Shown piece after piece: positions 49,108 to 58,822 of a DNA stretch of 58,822 nt (position 1 is its first letter; each line of letters begins with the position of its first letter). The stretch spans positions 1 through 58,822 of the forward strand of contig JAMDHS010000114.1 in NCBI GenBank assembly GCA_029717555.1, written 5' to 3'. Position numbers and translations under genes: made by a program. This stretch comes from Peribolospora baueri. Taxonomy: Eukaryota. The notes under the pieces were generated by a model, which saw only the letters and a program-made list of their open reading frames with translations, ran no database searches and was not told the origin of the DNA.

Positions 49108-49269
49108 GATTGGTGTCAGAGAGAAGGGGTGGTTGGGGCAAACGGGAGAGGATGGGCAACGAGCACAGGCGTGTTGAGACGAACGCAAGAAGTGATCGGC
49201 GCTGACGCGGCTGTCGACGGCCGTTTCGACCTCACGTGCTGCGATTACAGACAGGTTAACTTTCGCCCG

Positions 49270-49277
49270 TTACCACC
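49270..49277 (-). promoter_or_regulatory. PACE-like (Rpn4-type) element upstream of PUP3
   Basis: GGTGGTAA on the minus strand ~165 bp upstream of the proteasome subunit ATG; resembles yeast GGTGGCAAA. Confidence 0.3.
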
Positions 49278-49452
49278 ACGCCCGACGTCGGGGCATTTGC
49301 GCGATGGCGCAATGTGACCGGTTTCCAGTTCTGAGGCATTAAGCCAAGTTCAAGGCGAGCCGTGAATGACAGCAGCCATCGTCCGGGAGTTGAGAATGCA
49401 GTTCGATAGTCTCGCGCAGTAAAAGAAAATATGAGCACGCAAAACAAAAAGT

Positions 49453-49568
49453 CACCAACGGCGGGGGTCGAACCCGCGACATTCAGATGTATATAATGCC
49501 TAGTACGGATTTCCCAACGTGCTGGCTATTTAAAAATCTGACGCTCTAACCAACTGAGCTACGCCGGT
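49453..49568 (-). tRNA. tRNA-Lys(UUU) with a 42-nt intron (49489-49530)
   Basis: Acceptor ACCGGCG/CGTTGGT, D arm GCTC-AGTTGGTTA-GAGC, anticodon stem TCAGA/TCTGA with TTT, intron after position 37, T arm GCGGG-TTCGACC-CCCGC, followed by a T-run Pol III terminator. Confidence 0.93.
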
Positions 49569-50356
49569 ACCGGTAATTTACCCTTGTCGGCTGCACGGTC
49601 AAGTTTGCCATCCGAGCTCCCGCAGTCCGTCCCCTACCGGCCTGGCTGGCGGCTCGAACAACCTACCTACCTCCCTCCTACGTCGTCCCACTGCTCAACG
49701 CATAGATGCTGCTGCTCATGCGCAAGTGCGCCGCTCTCTGCGGATGACAGGAGCAGTGTGCGAGGGCAGCTGCATCGCCTGCATCAAGCTCAGTCGTTCG
49801 TTCCTGCACCCTTCCTGGACCCTAGTTCGCCTCTCACTGCCGCTGATGGGCTAACGGCGCGGCGAAAGCCCCTGTCTTGACTCGGCTTTACGAGCGGGGA
49901 GCCGCAGAGAGAAATGAACTTGCTTGGCTCTTGGCTCGCCGTCCAGCTGACCTCCGGCCGAATCAGGCGTCCCTCTCCTCCTTTGGGCGGCGTCTAGCGT
50001 CAGTGTGAGTGTCAGCGTCGGCGGTGCGGCAACTTTGACTCGCCGATAGGGGTTCCATGCACGCGGTCGATCGTCGAGCCGACGTGAACCTCTTGCGGCC
50101 ACTCATCCATCTTCAGGGGCCTCAGCTGCCCACCGCCCACCGCCGGCATCTCTTTCGCCTCATGCTAGGAGCAGCTTGTGCTATAAATCCCTTTTCCCAA
50201 CGCAGCCCCTTTTTTCCGACGCCCCAACGCCATTTCGACGATTGCTCACGTTCTTCGTCCACTGCTTGGCTCGCCTATTTCCTATCTTTCCAGCTGTCGC
50301 CCTCACCTCCACAGCATCCTCTCACTTTTGCATTCCCGAGCGCAGACGACCGAACG

Positions 50357-52344
50357 ATGGACGCCCAACTCAAGGAGATGAAGGACCTGCTCAAGGCCCA
50401 AGGCGAGGAAATGAAGCGCCGCGACGAGCAGTACGCCAAGCAGCTCCAGAGCATGCGCCTCAAGGTGGACTATCTCTCCAAGCAACAAGGCTACGTCAAG
50501 CCCGACGGCTCTTCCTCCTCCCGCTCGACCGCCTCTCCGGATGGCAAAGACAAGTTTAAGATGCTCAAGCGCATTTCCATCGGACCTTTCGCCCTCTCCA
50601 TCTCCAAGAAGGACACCCAGTCCAAGGCAGCCACCGACCCGCTCTCCGCCAACGGCATAAAGTTCGGCTTCTTGCCTGACGACTCATCCGGAGGTGGGAA
50701 CAAAGAGAGCATGGCCCAGATCATCAGCGCCCTGAACGGGGCCAGGCCGGCTACATAGTGGGTATCCCTGACCCGGAGTGGCGCAAGTGGCTCTCCCCTT
50801 CATTTCCCTTCTCTTCGTATAAAATGGCTCATATTACCGCTTCCATCGCGCCCCTGCCCATCCACAGCGGTTACTATAGTCAATGCGTCTCCGGAATTCC
50901 CTACGATGGCTCGCAGCTCTTGGGCATTATAGACGAGTGAGTCTCGCCACCCCATGTCCCGACCTGATCCATTGCGCACGTATCCAATTCCGTCCCCTTC
51001 CCTTCACAGCGTGAAGGCCTCCGGCGCCATCTTCGAACCGGCCGTCATGCCCACACAGGGCTGGCAAGGTCTCACCGCCAACGACAATTCGCAGGCGGTC
51101 AACATTGCCAAGGTGATGAAGCAGTTCACGTGAGTGCGTGGACCACGCTTTCCCCCTTTGGCACATATCACTCTGGAGCGTCGGGGGCTGCGAGAGGGAG
51201 GGAGTGGAGCTCGACTGATCATTCTTCATCGCGTTCCTTCAGGGACCAAGGCATTCAGGTTCGCCTGCGTTTCGCCCATGAAGTGAGTTTGGGCCGACCT
51301 TGAATTATCTGCGTGAGGGTCATGTGTGCGCGGACGGCTCATCTCCGTTATTTCTCTACTCCCTCTCTCTACGCTCGTTTGTGTGCTTTGACGGCGCATC
51401 TCGCCGCGCTTAGGTCAACTAGTGAGTATCAGCTGCCCTTCGCCCAGGTTGGCCATATCACTTACAACCCTCTCTCCTCCTTCCCCTGACGTTTTTAGCT
51501 ACCAAACTGATGGCACGTACGCAGGCGGCGTCGACGACTTCAAGGCAGGCTGGGCGGCCGTTGCAGCAGCTTGCAGGAAGTATGCACCCGACGTCAAGAT
51601 GTTCTTCACGCCCAACATCGCCGACCTGGGCACGTACGACGAGTACTTCCCGGACGACATCAGCACGGTCGATTACATCGGCATCGACTACTACCCCAGG
51701 CAGCTCCAGTCGGGCGACTTTGTGAGCCAGATGAAGCCTTTTCATGACAAATACTGCTCCGCCAACGGCCCCAAGTTTGCCATCGGAGAGACCGGCCTCG
51801 GCTTCTCGGCCGATATCAACACGCGTATCTCGTGGGCGAAACAGATCACCTCGCAAGACACAGTCCAGAATATGCCTTATTTCGAGTCTTGCACCGTGCG
51901 TTGACGGCGGATAGCGTGTCGTTTCATTTTCCTCGTCGGCCCATCCGTCGGTCGGCTGCTATGGGGGACGACAAGCTGTAGCTGTGGCCGACAGAGGCAG
52001 TCCAATGTGCTGATCATCGATTGTTTTGTCCTCTTTCATACTTGCTCTTCGCTGCCCCCGCAGTGGTGAGTCTCCTCCTCCGCCCATCTGTCTGGTCTTC
52101 CCTCATTCAAAGCTTGAAACCGTGCTCACTCTCCATTTCTATTCTAACTCCCACTCTTTTCCCGACCCCCCCGTTGACAGGTTCAACTATCGTGAGTACC
52201 TTGGAGGGTTTCCGCAAGGACCTCGGCCAGTCTTTGACGCGTTCTCGTCGCCTTCACTTTACAGAGAAGGGATATTCCTTCCAACTCGTCGTGCCTGGGG
52301 GAGATAACAGCGCCGTCGACGCCTTCTTTGGCATCTCCTCGTGA
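50357..52344 (+). CDS. Glycoside hydrolase family 26-like protein, 9 exons including microexons
   Basis: FGFLPD, AIFEPAVMP, VRLRFAHEVNYY (acid/base), MFFTPN, VDYIGIDYYP, FAIGETG (nucleophile), WFNY. Exons 50357-50757, 50868-50936, 51010-51129, 51243-51282, 51414-51421, 51499-51895, 52064-52065, 52181-52191, 52265-52344. TATAAA at 50182. Confidence 0.85.
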
Positions 52345-52912
52345 AGAGAAGAGAAGAGAAGAGAGGAGGGAGGACGTGAAGCCCCAAGGTGACATACAGG
52401 TCCCAACTGCACCTTGCCTTCGATGCTCCAGACTGCTGAGCGTGACTGTCTGCTATTTCGGCTCGCTGTATATATCATCGCTTACCTCGCCGCCACCCCT
52501 CGTCGGATCGTATCGCCGCCGGCCTGTATTCACGACTAGCGCTCGAAGCCTGCATCCCCCCTTTCCTTACCGTCCTTGATCGAGCACGTCGGTGTGGTCC
52601 CAATCAAAACCCATCCATCCCCATCATATCGGTGTGTCGTCAAAGGCTCGACGACCGGTGCGGAGACCTCAGATGACTTTAGCAACCCTCCCACACACTG
52701 CACCGCTCTTGCCTCCGATCCGCGACCGCGGCATCCCGAGGACAAGCGATGCTCGGACGCGAGAGCTCCTCGAGAGGATCCTGATCCCGACCATCATCTC
52801 TCCTAGGTAACGAACTGCGCTCTTCGCACACCTCCGGTACGCATGGAAGCAAGCGATGGAGAAATAATTGAATTCTGGTAGGAACGAGACACAATTGATT
52901 GTCCGATTGGGT

Positions 52913-53121
52913 GACAGGTATAAAACTGGAACGAGTGTGAGAAAGATCTTGCTCAGCAAGGGTGATCGCAGAAGAAAACATGAGAGGAAGTGACGGAGGT
53001 ATAGTTGATCTGGTAAGAGCGAAGACACGTTTGATCGTCCGATGAGGCGACAGGTATAAAACTTGACAATGAACGAGTGTGAGAGATCTTGCTCAGCAAG
53101 AGTGATCGCAGGAGGAAACAT
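52913..53121. repeat. Imperfect ~70-bp direct repeat (2 copies)
   Basis: GACAGGTATAAAACT...AACGAGTGTGAGA..GATCTTGCTCAGCAAG.GTGATCGCAG.AG.AAACAT at 52913-52981 and 53049-53121. Confidence 0.9.
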
Positions 53122-53146
53122 CAGAAAAAATGGCGACCTCAAGAGG

Positions 53147-55891
53147 TCAGCGCCTGCTGCCCTGGGCCTCCGTAGTCGCCATCCCGGCGCCCAAGCCCGC
53201 TCCATACGCGCCCACCATGCTCTGCCCGGCGGCGCCAGCGCCGTCAAAAGGGACGAAGACGGTCCTATTTCCATAGGCCGCGACCTTCTGGACCCCGATC
53301 CTATCCCTCTGCAACTGTCTTGCGTGTCCCTGCGGTATCCTATCGTCCGCCTCTCCCTTGGTCACTGCCGCCTCCGCTTCAGCTCTGGCCTGCGTGAGCG
53401 TGGCGCGGGCTTTGGCTTCGGATTGGATTCGCAACGCTTCGGCCTCGGCCTCGGCCGCAAGGATGTGGGACCGCTTCTCAGCTTCGGCCTTGGCAATCTG
53501 CTGAGCGTTACGGACGCGTTCTTGTTCCGCTTCGCCTTCTGCGTATTGGACTTTGGTTTGGTTTTCTACGAGCCGTGAGAAACGGAGGTAACGGTGAATC
53601 GAGTCATGTTCAGTGTATGAAGAACGTCAGACCAAAGAGTTGGAAAATGAACAAGACATCAGAACTCTGGATGCGTCTCACCGCGCTGGATGTTGGCAGC
53701 GTCCACCTGAGCTTGTAACGCTCTGGTGGTCAGCTGGTCCATTTGAGCGGCAACGTCGCCTTTGAAATTGCGGTCGATGACGGCTGCACGAGGACGAGAA
53801 GAACGAAGAGTCAGCAGGAAAACGTTCAAGTAGATGGGGAAGAGGAAGGCGAGATGCGCACCGAGGTCACGGAGGTCAATACCATATTCGACAGCTATAA
53901 CGGATGCATCAATCAAAAAGGTCACGGTCAGCTGAAACTCATGCTGACCCACGGGCAGCCTCCTACGCCTCACCGGCTCCGTGCAGCTCATCCATGGCGT
54001 GAGTCTTGAGCGCATCCAAAAAGAGCGAGTCGTTACCCGGCTGAGCATCGAGCTCGGGTCCTAGAGACCTTTGCTTGATCTACAACCAAACCGACACAAG
54101 CAAGTACACGCAATCAGCTCGCCGCGGGAGCCCTGACGCCCGTGTCCAGAAACGAGCCCTGTGGCGGTGAAGTTTTGCGTCGGAACGTACCATTTGAGCG
54201 TATTCCAAATGGCCGACGACTTGAGTGAGGATGCTTTGGGCCTTGTCGCGCAAGGCTTCGTACGCGCTCATGTATCCGTGCAAAGTGAGCTATGAAGGGT
54301 GCGAGATGGGTCGGTGAAAAGAGGCGTGAGCCGGACGGACGACGGCGAGGAGCGCCCGGATGACTCACCTTGAGGGGATTGTCGAGCCTCCACTTGAGAT
54401 ACAGCCTGAGCGACACTGGCACGCTGTCCTTAGTATAGCTGGGAAATAACAATGAAATTGATGGCGGTAAGACGAGCTCTGAAATGGCAAAGCGACGGCT
54501 CACGGACACATCCTTCATGCGACTCACACGTCCTTGGCTGGCATCTCGAACTGGTTCTCGCCCTTGGTGAAGAAGGCGCGCAACGTCACTTGGGGGTCGA
54601 GGACGACGTGTTGTCCTGCGGTGAGCTGAAGGAGCTCGTCTTTCCTGTTATAAACAGTAGTACATACGTGACTCTAGATCAGCCGACGAACCGACGCGAT
54701 CCTCAAATGGAGACAGAAAGGAAAGCGGCCATGTGACGGGCCCTAGTCCATACCTTTGCAAGATAGCGACGTTGTTGGCTGTCATAAAAGAATGACGGCA
54801 AGAGAACAGGCGTCAGTCCTTTACCGGGTCTTTCCAACCAGAACGCACTGGCATGTGCTACAGACCTGGAATGTCGAAGAACTGTGCGACTACGAACTCG
54901 CGACCTGCGAATTCATAGCTGACTTCTTGGTAGCGGCCGAGGACGTTCTTAGTTGTGGGCTCAAGGACACTTTGGGTCAGATGAGTCTCTGCGAGAAGGG
55001 GAGACACGGGTGCAAAACAGAGAGAAATTGTCAGCCAGCGCCCGCCATGAAGCGACACCGGCTGGGCAAGCGAGCACGATGGATGGAGTAGCTGGACGTC
55101 TCGGCTTCGAACTCACGGTCGACGACTTCGATCACTTTGTATCCGCCGTAGCAGCAAAAGGACGCATTGCGAACGAGGAAGATGCGGTTCGCAGGGTCGG
55201 CGAGGATGGCGGCCTGGTTCTGGGACACTTGGACGATGAGCAGACCGTCAAAGGAGATCACCTGGCGAGTCCGGTGGGCAGAATGGATGCGGGAGAATGA
55301 GTGACGGGGAGGAGCTCGGTTCGCTCGCTCGACCGGGTCAAATGACGACGCGTCTCCAGCCAGAGCAGATCAGACCGAAGTGGAAGAAAGGAATCGCACC
55401 GTCTCGTTGACAGCCTTGACGCCCCTAAACTTTTTCCACGTGACAAAGTTGAGAGTCCACCATTTCGGATAGTTACCGCTCTTGAGCAACACCTTGGGCA
55501 TGTTTCCGTCGGACACCAACCCGATCTGACCGGGGAGCAACTGCGCATCGAAAAAGTTGTTGCTCGGTAACTTGGCCAGGATGGTGCGCTCGCCCTTTTC
55601 GCGGACCTGGCGATCGAGGGCCAGGAGGGCGGCGGGGAGGCCGCCGGCGGCCTGGTCGATGATTTGGAGAAGGGGACGCCGGGAGAGGGGCATGGTGTCG
55701 GCGCCCACGTTGGGCTCCCAACCTCCGACGCTGCCGTTGTCCGCGTCCGCTGACGGCACCAGGCGCCCGGCCTTGGTCTGGGCCTCGATCCCGGAATAGC
55801 CATAGCGGTAGACTTCGCCCGCACGGGCCTCACGCACGGCCGTCTGTGACTGTGAACTCCCGGTGTCGCGAGCCGAGGAATGGCGGGACAT
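53147..55891 (-). CDS. SPFH/band-7 domain protein with extended N-terminus, ~11 exons
   Basis: DVYTKDSVPVSLRLYLKWRL, EALRDKAQSILTQVVG, AVEYGIDLRDLAVIDRNF, Ala/Glu-rich coiled coil (AEAEKRSHILAAEAEAEA), terminal TVFVP. Junctions are frame-consistent. Confidence 0.85.
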
Positions 55892-56798
55892 GGCGAGTTC
55901 GGGGGTCCAAGGGCGCAGAGCAATGAAAAAGGTGAAGAGAAGGCAAGGTGAGTCAAGGGGAAAAGGAAGGCAACTGGCTGTTTGAAGAGAAGGAGGACGG
56001 CGGGGGATGAGAGACAGCAGACGTCCTTTTAAAGCGAATGAAACGACCCAGCATGACGTCTCGTCGTCGCCGTTTCCGTCGTCGTTGTCGCGGTAGCCGG
56101 TACACAGCCTTGTCAGGCGTCCGTGGGAGAGTGGAGCACAGGGGCGTCCATGACCGCATTGGAGTGGGCCGTGCACGGACACGGACACGGACACGAATAC
56201 GAATACGAACACAGGCACGGATGCGGACGCCAACGCCAACGCCGACTCTTCGTGAGATGACGTCTCGAGACTGCGTTGGGCATGCGCACGCGCTCGAATA
56301 GAGTGGAGTGGTTGTGGTAGTAGCGGAGACAATCGACGAGGTGGTTCGGATGTGCCGAGGGAGGTCGCGGGGTACACTTGGCATGCTCAGCAGTTTGTCG
56401 CCGGCAGCGCACACGAAAGCCGGCGATAGATGGAGACTTTGAGCGGGAGGAGGCGGTGTTAGCGAAATGGCTTTAAGCATCCACGTGCTTCCTGTCACGG
56501 ACGACTCGACTCGTCCTTCCCACATCCAAATCCACATCCACATCCACATCCACGCCGACCCCGACGCCAACGCCACCGCTCCAGGGCCGACATGACTCTA
56601 GTTTCTAGCACAAGGACGAGCAAACGTGCTTGGGATGCCACTTTTACATGTGATTCGCACGAACGCCGATGAGTCTGTCTAAGTTTGTGCAAAATGTACA
56701 CGAGACGGCGCGGCGCGCTCCGGAGAGAGGCGATCGGGCACATGGATGGATGGATGTACATGCTATACGCCTCCGTGAACCCGGCGAGACGACGCGGT

Positions 56799-58426
56799 TC
56801 AGACGGCGCCGGCCTCCTTGAGCTTGGCGACCAGCTCGTCCACGTTCTCGACCTGCGATCATGTCCCGAGAACGAAGGAGGATGGACGGGGTGGGCTCGA
56901 TGAGCGAATCTGACTCGACTCGCCACACTTTCTCGATCGAGTGCGCGCAGAAAGCGAGCCAGACGAAAGAAGAAGCGCACCTTTGCTCCACCGGTCCTCT
57001 TGGGAGGCTCGGTGACCTTGAGCGTCTCGAGGCGAGGCTTGGTGTCCACTCCGAGGTCCGCCAGCGAGTACTTCTGGACCGGCTTCTTCTTGGCCTTCAT
57101 GATGTTGGGCAGCGAGGCGTAGCGGGGCTCTGTGCGCGGGTAGAGAGCATGCAAAAAGAGACGAGAAAGATGAGTGGGCGAGTCGAGGAAAAAGCGATTT
57201 CGTTCACCGAGATGGCCGCACGGAAACGCACCGTTTAGCCGCAGGTCGACAGTCATGACGAACGGCAGCTTGGTCTTGACGGTTTCGAGACCGCCGTCGA
57301 CTTCCCTGGTGACGAGGACATCGGACGCCTCGCCGGGCTTCGCCTTGCCATCGGCTCCGAACTCGAGCTTACTCGCAAACGTCGCCTGGGGCCAGTTGAG
57401 CAGCCCGGCGAGCATCTGGCCCGTCTGGCTCGCGTCGTCATCGATGGCCTGCTTGCCCAGGATGATCAGATCCGCTCCCTGACCCGCCTCCTTGCGCTTC
57501 TCAACGACCGCCTTAAGCACCTTGGACACCGCCAGCGGCTCGAGCTTGGCCGCGTCCGCGTCGGAGACCTCGACGTGCACCGCATCGTCGGCGCCCATGG
57601 CCAAAGCCGTGCGCAGCGTCTCGGCGCTCTTCGGCGGTCCCACGGTCACCACCGTGATCTTCTCCACCGCATCTTTGAAACGCTCTCGCAGGCGGACGGC
57701 CTCCTCGACGGCTGTGAAGACGAAATGAGGAGTGAGATGGACCGATGGGAACGTGGAAAAAAGAGGGGGGTGGAGAATGGTAGACTCACCGATCTCATCG
57801 AAAGGGTTCTGAAGAGGCCGAGACAAACCCGATCCGTACCCTGTCAGCCGTCGTCGTCGTTTCCTCTGTTCCCACGAGATACAACAAACTCGGCTCGACT
57901 CACCATCGAGTGCTTGACGTTGGTGTCCACGCCAGTCTGGCCCGAGTTGACCCGAATCTTACTGTGAAGGACGAGCGGGGGGGCAATTAGGACGAGATGG
58001 ACGGGGGAGAAGACAGGACGAGACAGACGGGGGAGAAGACAAGACAAGACCGCGCGTGGTCAGCAAGCGATGCTCCTGCGGGGAGTCATGCTCTCAACGG
58101 CGCAAGACAGAAAAACAAAAAGGAAGGCGGAGAGAACAGAACAGATAACTCACACTGCATAGTCAATCGTCCTATACGGATGCACGGCGGTCAGGTCGAA
58201 TGGTGGCGCCGAAATGGACGGTAGACAAGGGGGGGAGGGGTAAACGAAGCGGGGGGGAACAAAGTGAGCGAGGGAAGGAACGAAAGAAGCTCGACGACGA
58301 CAACGGTGACGAAGCCAACAAAGTCGGCGGAGAGCCTGGGAGGAAGAAGGAGCGCGGAGAGGAGAGACGGACGCACCGCTTGACAGGGACGAGCACTCGG
58401 AGGTAGTTGATCGCCGTGGGCCGCAT
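56799..58426 (-). CDS. CIR1: Electron transfer flavoprotein beta subunit, 7 exons
   Basis: LRVLVPVKR|TIDYAV|KIRVN...KHSM|NPFDEI|AVEEAVRL...LGKQAIDDD...DLRLN|EPRYASLPNIMKAKKKP. Microexons at 58154-58171 and 57790-57808. Confidence 0.95.
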
Positions 58427-58793
58427 GGCGGAGGGAGAGCGGAAGAGAGGTATGTGAGTGAGCGGCGAGAAGGAGAAGCGGATGGCGAGGGCGAGGAGGA
58501 AAGAGGGGATGGGAGGTCGTGGACGAAGAAGGAGGATGTGGGTGAATGAATGGATGGATGGATGGACGACGTCCGGACGGAGGACCGACCGGCATTCCCC
58601 GCGTTCCGCTCCGGGTCGACTGACTTGCTCGTGACCGACAACCGACCTGTCCGTACACCGATCGGCTCGCTCTTCTCTCTCACACGGATTCAACTGTCGG
58701 CTGTTCGATGTCCCATGCTCATGTAGGTTCAATGTGCGTCTCTTCTACATCTCCCCCTATCTCCCCGTCCTCCTTCCCCCAACTGACCCAGTG

Positions 58794-58818
58794 AAAAAAA
58801 AAAAAAAAAAAAAAAAAA
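58794..58818. repeat. poly(A) tract at right end of window
   Basis: Run of about 25 A. Confidence 0.9.
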
Positions 58819-58822
58819 GGAA

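Noticed and set aside
40707..58426. Functional cluster of mitochondrial genes (FZO1, QCR10, ETF-beta)
   Set aside because: Interspersed with unrelated housekeeping genes; plausible by chance
1..58822. TPP riboswitch, snoRNAs, TGA-CTA peroxisomal readthrough
   Set aside because: A visual scan found no convincing aptamer, paired C/D boxes or readthrough-PTS1 context; cannot be excluded without an Rfam scan

Overview
Intron-rich, GC-rich fungal genomic DNA. It is inferred to be basidiomycete, probably Pucciniomycotina, from ~70-170 nt GT-AG introns, the gene content and a rust-type GH26. Long poly(A) runs bound both ends. By splicing manually I reconstructed 14 protein-coding genes and one intron-containing tRNA-Lys(UUU). 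The recognisable genes are FMP27/Hobbit (BLTP2), NOT2, a RING-H2 E3 ligase with an N-myristoylation motif, an 11-exon DCAF4/WDR21-like WD40 gene that the ORF track essentially misses, FZO1, NOP4, QCR10, PUP3, a GH26-like hydrolase, an SPFH protein and ETF-beta. Four others are orphan or low-complexity genes. No transposon, CRISPR array or rRNA was recognised. The most notable observations are: (1) a GH26 gene that needs 8-, 2- and 11-nt microexons to build its conserved motifs and has no signal peptide; (2) a convergent SPFH gene with no transmembrane helix and three N-terminal repeat modules (vault-like layout); (3) a ~1500-aa disordered protein carrying five copies of a KL..(F/L)G motif; (4) an in-frame Pro-rich continuation after a TGA; (5) a telo-box/Homol-E-like 10-mer shared by two promoters. 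All family calls come from motif recognition, not database searches.
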